Positions 47,200 to 57,708 of a DNA stretch of 64,000 nucleotides are shown piece by piece; the first letter of the stretch is position 1; the number at the start of each line of letters is the position of its first letter. The DNA is from Diplonema japonicum. Its lineage: Eukaryota; Protista; Euglenozoa: Diplonemea. Made by a program: the position numbers and the translations under genes. Below the pieces are notes generated by a model. The model was not told the DNA's origin and ran no database searches. It saw only the letters and a program-made list of their open reading frames with translations. Location of the stretch: the NCBI GenBank assembly GCA_964019335.1, contig OZ025656.1, positions 496,001 to 560,000 of the forward strand, read 5' to 3'.

Positions 47200-47610
47200 A
47201 TGTCCGACACGGACAAGCAAGCCATGTCATATGAGGGCGTGGACGTGGGAAAGGGCAACGTGCCGTACTTTGAATGGAACCAGGTTTTTAGCTTTGCGCA
47301 CAAACAAGATAAAACGGGTAAAACCTTGGATCGAAAACTGCCTCCCGATGTCGCGCTGGATGCGCTTGGGGGCAGCCGTGGGCTGTCTCCCTACGATCCC
47401 TCGATGGGGAGATGGCACGTTTGCAGAACACCAAACGACGCATATTTGAAATGTCTCTCCGATAAAAAAATGTCCGACTGGGACCCTCACGAAAGAGTTG
47501 CAAAGTGCTACGAGCAGAAAACCACATTGATGACGTGCCTGGTGAAGCACAAGAAGGCGGAAAAACTTAAAAAAAAAGAAAACGAGGGATCTGCTGACCC
47601 GCTGAAATAA
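47200..47610 (+). CDS. Twin CX9C (CHCH) mitochondrial intermembrane-space protein
   Basis: C-RTPNDAYLK-C and C-YEQKTTLMT-C. Confidence 0.8.
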   Translation: MSDTDKQAMSYEGVDVGKGNVPYFEWNQVFSFAHKQDKTGKTLDRKLPPDVALDALGGSRGLSPYDPSMGRWHVCRTPNDAYLKCLSDKKMSDWDPHERVAKCYEQKTTLMTCLVKHKKAEKLKKKENEGSADPLK

Positions 47611-47685
47611 AAACTCCCCCCCCCCCCTCCCCTTTTTTTTCCAATCGTAAGGGGAAACCATTTATAAAAAAACAAAAGGAGGGGA

Positions 47686-48578
47686 ATGTATGTAAATGGA
47701 AGAACAGTGGCGATGCGGGCCCTTCGTAGGCATTCTATTGACCTAAAACTGCACCCGTGGAACTCCACATCTGAGGAGATAAATGAAACCATAGAGAGCG
47801 TGAAAGAAACGGTCGAAAAAAATTTAAAAACAGGGGAAGGGGGCAGTTTGAAGATTGTCGGTGCTAAATCAGTTATAGCCGCTGTGAAGGGTTTGGCATT
47901 GGCAGAAGAATCATTGACGGGTGGCCATGAATCAGCATGGGGCGGCGAAGGAGGCATGACATGCATAGTTGAGCGAGAGAATAAAAATTTCCACACATTC
48001 GTCATTCGATACACTAAGGAGGGGTTTCAATTCCCAGAATCTGCTAGGATGACCGATGTCTTGGACAAATCAGAGCTGACCGAAGATATTTACCAGTGGG
48101 CCGCAGCAACTCCGACAAATTACTGGACTGATGAACCTTTGCAGCTTGATTTCAACAAAGACAGCCCGGAGTACAAGCGCCCCTACCACCTCAGTTCTGC
48201 AGAGTTTGTTGAAAATATCCTTACCCATCCCAAGAACGAGTCGATTGTTCGCGGGATGGGGCCGTCAATATTCAACTGCCTTCAAGTCATCTCTCACGCC
48301 ACCAACGCCATCGAGCTTCCGGTTCATTTCAGCCCCAGGCACCTCCCTGTCGACTCCACCGCTGTGTCAACCTTCAAAGACGATATCAGAGATTACTTTG
48401 AGCGGGGCATGGTGCACTTCCGGGATACTGACGCGCTGCCTTCGCGAAGGGCAGATGGAAAGGTCCTGACACCACCCGAGGTTTGCCTTTTTTATTTTTT
48501 TATTTTGAAATTGATTAATTCCAGGACTTCGATGAATCGGATTATTTTACAGTTGCATTCGGTGTCAGGATTCAATGA
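47686..48578 (+). CDS. Putative mitochondrial protein with tandem SpoVS/Alba-like domains
   Basis: KIVGAKSVIAAVKGLALA and VRGMGPSIFNCLQVISHA segments. Intron 48481-48524 gives ..YFTVAFGVRIQ*. Confidence 0.6.
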
Positions 48579-48814
48579 CACAACGAAAAAAAAAAAGGAT
48601 GAGGAAAAAAAAATCAACATTATAAAAAAAAAAAAAAAAAAAAGAAGTGTAGTGTGGTCCCCCCCCCCCCCCCCCCCATTTCCATTCCCGACAAAAAAAT
48701 TCTTCTTTTTTTTAAAATCTTTTTGTGTTTTCCGTTCCAATACCCTGTATTATGTTTTCATAAAAGAAAAAGAAAAAAAAGAAGAAGGTACCCCCCCTTC
48801 CCCCCCGCCTTCCG

Positions 48815-50038
48815 ATGGACGCGTACGAGCAGCTGGAGATGATAGGTTACGGAAGCTTTGGAAGAGTAGCGAAGATCAGGAGGAAGTACGACGGAAGGGA
48901 GTTCGTGTGGAAGGAGATGGACTTCGGGAAGATGAACGACAAGGAGAAACAGCTGATCGTGTCCGAGGTGAATATCTTACGAGGCTTCAAACACCCTTAC
49001 ATTGTAAGGTACTACGACAGGATCATCGACAGGGACGCATTCAAGATATACATCATTATGGAATTCTGCGACCGTGGCGACCTTGCGGCCACCATCAAGA
49101 GAAACAAACAAAACAACATCATCCCCGACGAAAGACATGTGTGGCGCATCGCCCTGCAGCTCTGTTTAGCTTTGGAACAATGCCACTGCAGAAAAGAAGG
49201 AAAGATCCTCCACAGGGACATCAAACCAGCTAACATCCTTCTAGACAAGGACAACAATGTAAAACTGGGCGATTTTGGCTTGGCAAGGATAATGGGCGAC
49301 CAGTCCATTCTCGCGCACACCACAGTAGGAACGCCTTACTACATGTCACCAGAACAGATCAACGATCAGCCTTATGATGAACGAAGTGATGTGTGGGGGC
49401 TTGGTTGTGTTCTTTACGAGTACTGTCAAGGGCATCCTCCTTTCGAGGCGAACAGCCAGTTATCCCTTGCCACTAAGATTAAGGCTGGTCGGTATAAACC
49501 ATTGCTGAGGCATTCTAATGAGATTGCATCATTTATCGCATTGTGTCTCTCGGTTGACTCTGCAAGGAGGCCCAGCGTGGAAGAGCTGCTTTCGCTTCCT
49601 TGTCTTTCATTCAGGTTGAAGGAGAAGAAGCTTTCCAACCATTACCACGAGCTGAAGCGCAAAGAGGATGAGCTTCATGAACGTGAGGCTGTGATTGCCG
49701 CCAAGGAAGCAGATATTCGCCGACGGGAAGCCATTCTCGAAGAGAGGGAAAGAGATGTTCTGTCCACACCCGACAAGGCCGCAGAGGTCATGACAACACC
49801 CCCCAGCAGGACCAGCGCGTCGTCTGCTAGATATTCTTCAGAGGCCAGTACGCCTCCCCACGTGGCGAACCCTACCGCAAACCAGCTGTATTATGGTTCT
49901 CCCCCAAGCGTGTGCTCGTCGAGGACAGGTACCCCACAACGTTACCACCAGCACCCCCATTCCCACGTGACACGGCAAGGTTCCCTGGGGTCGGCCTACT
50001 CAAGACCCAGAGGTAATAGTTATCTCCCTTCTCAGTAG
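48815..50038 (+). CDS. NIMA-related (NEK2-like) Ser/Thr kinase
   Basis: IGYGSFG, VWKE, EKQLIVSEVNIL, HRDIKPAN, DFGLAR and GTPYYMSPE motifs, then a coiled coil. Confidence 0.95.
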   Translation: MDAYEQLEMIGYGSFGRVAKIRRKYDGREFVWKEMDFGKMNDKEKQLIVSEVNILRGFKHPYIVRYYDRIIDRDAFKIYIIMEFCDRGDLAATIKRNKQNNIIPDERHVWRIALQLCLALEQCHCRKEGKILHRDIKPANILLDKDNNVKLGDFGLARIMGDQSILAHTTVGTPYYMSPEQINDQPYDERSDVWGLGCVLYEYCQGHPPFEANSQLSLATKIKAGRYKPLLRHSNEIASFIALCLSVDSARRPSVEELLSLPCLSFRLKEKKLSNHYHELKRKEDELHEREAVIAAKEADIRRREAILEERERDVLSTPDKAAEVMTTPPSRTSASSARYSSEASTPPHVANPTANQLYYGSPPSVCSSRTGTPQRYHQHPHSHVTRQGSLGSAYSRPRGNSYLPSQ

Positions 50039-50491
50039 ATTTTTGACGCTGTGCTTATAGCGGGTTTAGATTACTTTTTTTTTTTTTTTTTTAAATTGGT
50101 TTTTTTTTTTTTTTAATAGATGTTTTTTTTAGAAGATTTTGAATAGAAAAAAAAGGGGAGGGCGGGAGAGAAAGAAAAAAGAAACAAAACAATCTCCCTT
50201 TTCCCTTTTTTTCTTTTCTTTTTTTTTGCGTCCCCCCCCCCCAACCCTCCACTCCATGATGTGATGGCAGCTTTTGCAGCCCAATAGAACGAGGAAGGAG
50301 GAAAAAATTAGAAATTCACACAAAAAAGTCAGTTTTTGAGCTAACTATATCGTACCTTTCTCTTTACCTTTTCTTTCTTTTCTATTTTCTCCCTCCCTTC
50401 AGGTGTTAGAAAAAAAAGAACATCCCCCCCCCCCCCCCCTCTTATTCTTCCTGAACATACCGAACAACCTCAGGCGCCGAGGGGACATTAA

Positions 50492-52363
50492 ATGAAGGGC
50501 CCACTCGCGACAATGTTGGTGGTGGCCACGGGGCTGACCTTTTTTACGATTATGAATTACATGCATATTACCACCGGGCGGAGTGAAGGGGCTAACCCAA
50601 TGTTGATGAAGAAGGTACAGGAGCAGTCGAAGCAACTGGCAGAAATACAAGCCTCACTGTCTCTGCTCGCGGGAGGGAAGTCTGTGAAGAAGCTGCCACA
50701 AGCACAGGAGAGCAGCCACGAGGAAGTGGTGAACCACCACACAGACCACGATGTTGTGCCATATAAGACGGAAGATTGCTTTTGGAACCATCACCCGGGG
50801 ACATCCTTAGGGAACATCCCCGAGATGGGATGGGAACACTGCGGGACAGAAGGCACCCACTGTGCCTGCGAAGGGCGGGTAAAATACGGGCGGAACGAGA
50901 AATGGGTGATAAAGGCCGCCAGTGGAGAGGTCCCGTGCATGACCGGTCATTTTGCTGAAGACCCTGCTCCTGGGTTCGTCAAGGAATGCCAGTGTGAGGT
51001 AACACCTCTCCGCATGGACATGACATTAGAAAAGGCCAAAGCTAGTTGTCAAGAACTCGCCCACCGGTGCAAGGGTGTAACATGTAAAGGTTTGAACACC
51101 AACTGCGGGCCTATGGATGGAGTCCCCTATCTCGATCCAGAACCCGCGCTGCACTCATACACCAAGGACTGCATATCCCTTGACCACAAGCCAGGTGGCG
51201 GCAATGCCGGAAAGCACAAGATAGATGGCGAGCCTACCATCTTCGTGTCGATGGCCGCCTTCCGCGACAGAGACGCGCGATTCACGCTACGCTCCATGTT
51301 CACCAAGGCAAGGGTCCCTAGAAGAATCTTCGTCGGGGTCGTGTGCCAGGTGTACCCGGAAGACCCGCAATGCATTCCCGAACGGTGGGTGAACTGCAGC
51401 ATGGATGCGGGGTTCTGCCCAAGCGATCAGGTAATGATTTTAAAAAGAATAAAATTGAAAAAAAAAAAACAGATTCGTCAACGCAGTTTCCACGCCTCGA
51501 AGGCAGAGGGGCCAACACACGCACGGTCGCTGGCGGCTGCCATGTACAGGGGAGAGGATTTCTTTTTGATGATCGACGCGCACAACAGGTTTGTGCAGGA
51601 CTGGGACATGAAGCTGTTGGAGATGAACAGAAGGTGCGCGTCGAAGAAGTGCGTGCTGTCGCACTACCCGCAAGGGCTGAACAACAGCGATCCCGAGAAC
51701 CCACACCCTTTGGGGACACCGCCAGGGACGCCTTTGGAGGGCTTTGGGACAGTGTCCTACCTATGCGGGTCTGAGTTCCATGAGAGGTCGATCATCAAGA
51801 ACAGCAGGGCGGCGAGCGTACCAGTCTCGTTCGAGCCGAGGCCGCAGCCATACACAGGAGCAGGGCTGCTGTTCGGCCCTGGTAGGATGATCATAGAGGT
51901 ACCGTTCGATCCATTCTTGCCTTTCTTGTGGGATGGGGAAGAGTTTCTGTACAACGCAAGGCTGTGGACATGGGGCTACGACATGTTCTCCCCAAGTGAG
52001 AATATCTTGTTCCATCATTACTACAGAGAAGCCCAGCCGCGAGTCTGGGCTGAAAAAAGCTGGGCCAACGGTAAGGGTTCACCTGCGCAAAACCTCTCCT
52101 ACAAGAGGCTGCAGTACATCCTAGCAGCGCCCATCAAGGGGTCCAACAAAAGACTCGTCCCCGAAAACACAACTGATCATGCCATTATCAGGGGCCTGCC
52201 TAAGTACGGCCTAGGCCCGCATCGCACTATTGATCAGTTCTGGAAGTTTGCTCGTATCAACATTAAGGACCGGTCGGGTGATGCGGCTATGAAAGAACAC
52301 TCGGGGTTCTTCTGCAAATCCTTCAGCCATGCTAAAGGGCCTTATATTGTGCCGGACCCCTGA
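50492..52363 (+). CDS. GT60-family polypeptide/hydroxyproline alpha-GlcNAc transferase, type II Golgi topology
   Basis: N-terminal TM; TIFVSMAAFRD, GPTHAR, YRGEDFFLMIDAH, LSHYP and PFDP..LWDGEE..ARLWTWGYD motifs. In-frame intron at 51431-51472. Confidence 0.9.
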   Translation: MKGPLATMLVVATGLTFFTIMNYMHITTGRSEGANPMLMKKVQEQSKQLAEIQASLSLLAGGKSVKKLPQAQESSHEEVVNHHTDHDVVPYKTEDCFWNHHPGTSLGNIPEMGWEHCGTEGTHCACEGRVKYGRNEKWVIKAASGEVPCMTGHFAEDPAPGFVKECQCEVTPLRMDMTLEKAKASCQELAHRCKGVTCKGLNTNCGPMDGVPYLDPEPALHSYTKDCISLDHKPGGGNAGKHKIDGEPTIFVSMAAFRDRDARFTLRSMFTKARVPRRIFVGVVCQVYPEDPQCIPERWVNCSMDAGFCPSDQVMILKRIKLKKKKQIRQRSFHASKAEGPTHARSLAAAMYRGEDFFLMIDAHNRFVQDWDMKLLEMNRRCASKKCVLSHYPQGLNNSDPENPHPLGTPPGTPLEGFGTVSYLCGSEFHERSIIKNSRAASVPVSFEPRPQPYTGAGLLFGPGRMIIEVPFDPFLPFLWDGEEFLYNARLWTWGYDMFSPSENILFHHYYREAQPRVWAEKSWANGKGSPAQNLSYKRLQYILAAPIKGSNKRLVPENTTDHAIIRGLPKYGLGPHRTIDQFWKFARINIKDRSGDAAMKEHSGFFCKSFSHAKGPYIVPDP

Positions 52364-52696
52364 AGAAAAAGAATGAGGAAAACCCAACAAAGAAAAGAGA
52401 GGAACCTTCTTTTCAAGCAAAAGAGAAAAAAGGGAAAAAGAGCTCAATGAAGAAGAAAAGAAAATTGGAAACTTAGTGTCGTGTGTGAGTATAAAAAAAA
52501 AAAAAAAAAAAAAAAAAAGAAAAGAAACCCCCCTCCATGTCTTTGGGTGATGGATGCGGTGCCCTTAGTGTTTTCTTTTTTTTTTCTTTTACTTTGTTTT
52601 CCGTGCCACGTTGTTTATTTCTTCCCCCCCTTTTTTTTTCCAAAAGAAATAACTTTTAAAAGACACAAAAAGAAGAAAAAAAAATAACTGAAACAA

Positions 52697-52990
52697 ATGG
52701 CATCCCGTCCTGAGGTAAAACCTGTTGTTGCAGGAGAGGGGAAGGCTGAGCCGAAGGCACCACCCAAGGGAGGTGTGAAGACTCCCACTGTGCCCCCGAG
52801 AGCGACTCAGAAGCCTGTGCCGAAGCCAGTGTCCGCACCTGAGCTTGCTAAACCAGCTCAGAAGCCGCCAGCGTGCGGGACGAAGACTGCTGTGCCTTCT
52901 GGGCCCAAGGGCTCCAAGCCTGTTGTGAACGAGCCCGTGACTCCAGAAAGGTCTGGTGACGCAGCTGACAAGCCCACCGAAACCGAGTGA
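52697..52990 (+). CDS. Small Pro/Lys/Ala-rich hypothetical protein
   Basis: Coding-like island between homopolymer tracts, preceded by an A-rich leader. Confidence 0.5.
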   Translation: MASRPEVKPVVAGEGKAEPKAPPKGGVKTPTVPPRATQKPVPKPVSAPELAKPAQKPPACGTKTAVPSGPKGSKPVVNEPVTPERSGDAADKPTETE

Positions 52991-53572
52991 TCTGTTGGAG
53001 GAGCAACGTTATGAACGAAAAAAAAAAAAAAAAAAATTGAAAAAAAAAAAAAAAACGCAGAATAGTAGTAGAATCTTTTTTTTTTTTTTTCATTCCCCCT
53101 TTTATTCGAGTGAGGAGCCGTTAGCCATAAAAGAAAAATATCGATCTGGTGTGGGAGTTTAAAAAAACAAAAGAGAAAAAAATCAAGAGACTTAAAAAAT
53201 AAAGAAGAACAAGGAGCTTCTTTTTTTTTTTTTTTCTCTTTGATTTAGTCATGCGCCCAGCCCATATGCAGAGGCGGTGACCGCGGTGATCGTTGTAAGA
53301 ATTCCTCTTTTTTTTTTTTTCTTCCATTAAACTTTCAGCGGCTTTTCTATTCCATTCCTGTTTTGCCTTTTATTCCTTTTTTTTCTTTTGGGAAGTTTCG
53401 ACTCGGGCAACGAGCCAAAGTTTTCCTTATTAACATGTTCCCCCGTCGCTCCATTTCCCTAGTTTTTTTTATTCTTCTTCTCTCTTGTTAGAATAGATTA
53501 CTTGTCTTCGCCAGTCTCTTTCTATATTTGTACCCATTGTGTTTTGTACCCTCACACACCTCAGGTGGCAAG

Positions 53573-55738
53573 ATGTCAAAACCGCCGCCGCCACCACCCT
53601 CCAAGGGGTCAAAGTCGGCTCCGCCGCCGAAGCCAGGAGGGAAAGGTCCACCTCCAGCGTCGCCCCCCGGGAAAGGCAAAGGCCCGCCCCCGGGTAAAGG
53701 TCCCCCTTCTGGGAAGGGTCCAGGAAAGGGACCTCCTCCTGGCAAAGGTCCACCCCCTGGAAAGGGTCCACCTCCTGGGAAAGGTGGCAAAGGGGGCCCG
53801 CCGTCTGGTCCGCCTGGTAAGGGCGGCAAGGGAGGGAAACAGCCACCGCCCTCTCCAAAGGGGAAGCTGCCACCACCGCCCTCGCCTGGGAAGAGCCGAC
53901 CCCCTCCCCCCTCCCCGAAGCCTAGCAAACCGACAACTCCTCCTCCCAGCAACCCGAACTCCAGACCCGCAACTCCCAGAACAGGCGCTACCGGCTTCTC
54001 AACACCTCCAAGCGAAGCGCCCCTACCGCCACAGGACATGAGGTCGAGTCTCGAAGTCATGCTAGCCGATAAGCTGGACCAGGTGCAGAAGCAGATGTCC
54101 GCTTTGCAGACTGACGTAGAGACCCTTAAGGAGAACTCGCCCAAAAAGGACGATGTGATGAGCTTGTCGGCCACAATCCCGAGCCAGTTCGATTTATCGC
54201 AAACACAGCCCACACACCCCAACGTGATAGGCATCGTGGAGAGGGTGTTCCGTGAGCTAGACACGTCTCATATTGGAAAGGTAAGGAAGTCTGAATTCAG
54301 GGCGGCGCTGCTGAACGAACCAGAACTGTTGGGGGCACCTTCTGGACAGCTGCCTGTGCTGCAGGATGTGCTTGGATGCGAGCGGCTTGTGCGAATGCTG
54401 GACATCAACAACGGCCCTCCTTTTGAGATCGATTGGAGTTTTGTCGGGAGCGCGTTTACAACGCAGGGCACAGGGGGCAACTTTGAAACTCAGCTGAAGA
54501 AGGTATTTCAGTCTCTTGACGTGACACAGTCGGGATCAGTCCGTGTACCTAATCTTGTGAGGATCATGGACGAGCTGCACTGCCAGGACGCTGCATGGGT
54601 AACTATGAGCGACGTGCTGCGGGCGTCGCCAAGCAAGTGGGACGTGTCATGGAATGAGCTGTCTGCCATGCTTGCCACGACAAGGTCATCGCCGCAGAGG
54701 GCGTATGGTGGGGCGGGGCTCAAGCCGCGTAGCAAGCTCGATTCAGGTATCGAAGAGCTGATCCACAACCTCAGCTCCGAGAAGCATCGGTACAGGTCTG
54801 TGTCCCCGACGTCGCCTACGGCCATCTCGTTGCCCCCCATGACGCACCCTGTTGTGAACCCGAGCATGTCGCCATCGGCAGCAAAGCGACAGCTGCGCAT
54901 CGACGCCGTGAGCGACAGGGTGAGCGCGTTGAGGGAAACTGCGCAACACGACGGCAGCGACAGGACATCGCGTAACGTGACGCTCACTAAGCGACTCTCC
55001 GTCGTGGACGCAAGGCTTAAGAAGCTGATGGTGTCGAACATCCACAACGAGAAACTGTCAATGTTGGAAGACGAGGTGTGTACAATATCTACCTACACAC
55101 CTTACCCACCACACAGATGTCGAAGCTCGATATGCTGCTGGACGAGGAGGCAAAACACGTACAGAGGAACTCACGACAGATGTTCAACGCAATGGCGCAG
55201 CTACGGGAAGCATTCAGATCCGGTGCAGTGCGAAGGTATACCATGAGTACGCTCTATCATTATCAACAGGGAAATATTAGAAACGGTGGCACCGAGGGTG
55301 TACAGGTACCTGCTACAGTCGGCGGATGGACTGGCTGCGAATATCGAGAAAGAGGAGCCTGTGATGGCGAGGGCACGGGAGGCGTTGGAAAGCGATAAGA
55401 TGGCTTCAACTTTGAAGTCGAAAAATGAGGAGCTGGACAGCATTATACACCAGCACGGCTTAGGCGAGGAGAAACTTACACATGACATTAAGCGAGAGAT
55501 CGAGCTGCTAAATTTGGGTATAGAGGAAGAGCGGTCAAAACGGTATGCTGCAACATGCCTTACAACTCTGTACAGGAAACACATGGAGACAGTCTTTGTC
55601 TCGCTCATGGAGTCCATCATCAGCCGCCTCTACGAGGAGATCAACGATACGTTCAACGAAAGAAAGAACGCCGACGACCGGCTCCACATGCGTCTCGAAA
55701 CCGCACTGCAGGCGATCAGCAACAGGACTGTATTGTAA
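53573..55738 (+). CDS. Protein with a PPPGKG-repeat head, degenerate EF-hands and an SF-assemblin-like coiled-coil tail
   Basis: GKGPPP repeats at 53640-53830; FRELDTSHIGKV and FQSLDVTQSGSV. Introns at 55076-55116, 55236-55269 and 55543-55575. Confidence 0.75.
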
Positions 55739-55904
55739 GGAGCAAACCCGCTTCCCCTTTCCAGTTTCCCCCCTCTTTTTTTTTTTTTTTTTTTTTTTTT
55801 TACTTGTACAATGTACCCCCCTTCCCCCTCCCTCTTTCTTTTTTTCCTTGCCATGAAACCTTGTTCATTCCAATTCAATCTTTCACAGTCCTATGCATTG
55901 AATA

Positions 55905-56939
55905 ATGTCAATGCGACGCCTTATCAGAGGCACTGCGACACACCGTGTGGCATACGGTCAGGACCCGAAAGAATGGGGGGATGTTGGGGTGGCACGGAAC
56001 ATGCTGCAGTGGGTGAATGATAATAGGGATTGGACGAAGCGCAAGCTGCTGCGGAAGTTTGAAGAATTGAAGGAGGGAGACGCCAGGGAACTGAGCTACA
56101 ACACAGTTATGTCAATCTTCGCGAAGCGGGGCCTCGTTCGCGATGTGGAAGCGTGGTACCAGGAAATGAAGGACCGGGGCATACGGGTCACAACCTCCAC
56201 GTTTAACTGCAGGATGTCGGCACACGCACGAACAGGCGATACAGCAGCGCTACAGAAAATCTGGTTGGAGATGGAAGAGCTAAACCTGCAACCATCTGTG
56301 CACAGCTACGAGATAGCAATCAAAACCCACGCCTACTCAGGGGATGAACAGGGGGCCTTCGACGTTTTCAGCGATCTCGACAACCACCCATACCTGGAGG
56401 CCACGTCAGCAATGCGCGGCGCTCTGCTCTCCGCTTGCGTATCGTATGAAAAGCTTCAAAGCGTGTACGAAGCTGCTCCAGACAAAGACGTTATGCTGGA
56501 CAACTACTACGTTTCAGCTCTCAGCAACATGGGGAGATGCACCGAAGCGTGTTCTGTTATGAAGAGCCTGGTCAGCCGCCGGGCACCTATCTACACGCAC
56601 ACCTGGTCGGCATATTTCACTTGTGAAGCTGTCTTTGGCTCTATTCAGCAGATGGAGTACTTCTTAAACCTCCCTGGTTGCGGCGTCCCCACAGTTGCCA
56701 TACGATGCGCCCACAGTGCGCTCCCCCCGTGCGATGCAGAGCTCCTTGTTCGAATGATCCCCGACCCGACCCAAAAGAGGTTCCTTTGTAAGGTCCAGAA
56801 AGAAACATGGTTCATGGAACCTAAAAAGCTCGAACGAGATTACTCCCCTCCACCGGCTGCCGTGAAAGAAGAAGACGACACCCGCAAGAGGAATCAGTTT
56901 GTGAAGCCAGAGAGACTGCCTGATATACCGTATATCTAG
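55905..56939 (+). CDS. Pentatricopeptide repeat protein
   Basis: 35-aa repeats SYNTVMSIFAKRG..EMKDRGI, TFNCRMSAHARTG and SYEIAIKTHAYSG. Confidence 0.9.
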   Translation: MSMRRLIRGTATHRVAYGQDPKEWGDVGVARNMLQWVNDNRDWTKRKLLRKFEELKEGDARELSYNTVMSIFAKRGLVRDVEAWYQEMKDRGIRVTTSTFNCRMSAHARTGDTAALQKIWLEMEELNLQPSVHSYEIAIKTHAYSGDEQGAFDVFSDLDNHPYLEATSAMRGALLSACVSYEKLQSVYEAAPDKDVMLDNYYVSALSNMGRCTEACSVMKSLVSRRAPIYTHTWSAYFTCEAVFGSIQQMEYFLNLPGCGVPTVAIRCAHSALPPCDAELLVRMIPDPTQKRFLCKVQKETWFMEPKKLERDYSPPPAAVKEEDDTRKRNQFVKPERLPDIPYI

Positions 56940-56973
56940 AAGGGTTTTGAAAAAAAGAAAACAAAAACAAAAG

Positions 56974-57528
56974 ATGTCGGAAGAGGAAACCCCGACAGAC
57001 ACGAAGAAGAAGGAACAGTACACTAAGCTGTACAATTTGCTTAGACAGGCCAATGCAAGCAAGTACGTGGCGAAGGATCCTGTACCAGCGAAGATTGAGG
57101 AGGGGCTATACGTAGGGTCGATAGGAAGCACTGCAGATCTTACCGCATTACGAGAGCAAGGGATCACACACATACTGAGCGTGGGGTTTGGACTCAAAAA
57201 CCCACACCCCGACGAGCTGGAGTGGATGGGCGTCAACATTATGGACACAGCGAAGGCTGATCTATGCAAACACGTTGATTCTTGTCATGCTTTCATCGCA
57301 CAAGGCATCTCAAAGGGAGGTGTCTTGATCCACTGCCACCAAGGCAAGTCCCGCTCTGTTTCTATTGTCGCTACATTTCTCATGAAAACCCAAAACCTCA
57401 CACTCGAGCAGGCAATGAGCAAGATAAGAGAGACCCGCCCGCAAGCCGACCCCAATGCCGGGTTCATCGCTCAGCTGCTTAAATACCAACGCATGTTGAA
57501 GAACGAGAGGAAGGGGGTAGAGGAGTAA
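56974..57528 (+). CDS. Dual-specificity protein phosphatase
   Basis: GLYVGS, GITHIL, HCHQGKSRS (CX5R) and RPQADPNAGF motifs. Confidence 0.95.
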   Translation: MSEEETPTDTKKKEQYTKLYNLLRQANASKYVAKDPVPAKIEEGLYVGSIGSTADLTALREQGITHILSVGFGLKNPHPDELEWMGVNIMDTAKADLCKHVDSCHAFIAQGISKGGVLIHCHQGKSRSVSIVATFLMKTQNLTLEQAMSKIRETRPQADPNAGFIAQLLKYQRMLKNERKGVEE

Positions 57529-57708
57529 AAGATTGAGATTTGTCTTATAAGAAAAGAAAGAAGAGAAAAAAAAAAAAAAGAAAAAAAAGAAAAAACAGAA
57601 AGGTATTTTCGTTGTGTTCGTGAAAATAAGCTTTGCTTTTCAAATCATGCAAAAAGAAAAAGGAGATGCGTGCTGCGTGCACAGTTATATAAAAGAAGAA
57701 GAAAAAGA

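Noticed and set aside
48579-49233. C-terminal half of the 515-aa ORF 47686..49233
   Set aside because: It is read-through of an intron, homopolymer spacer and an alternative frame of the NEK gene.
53573-53960. Formin FH1 domain
   Set aside because: Proline repeats are present but no FH2 domain follows.
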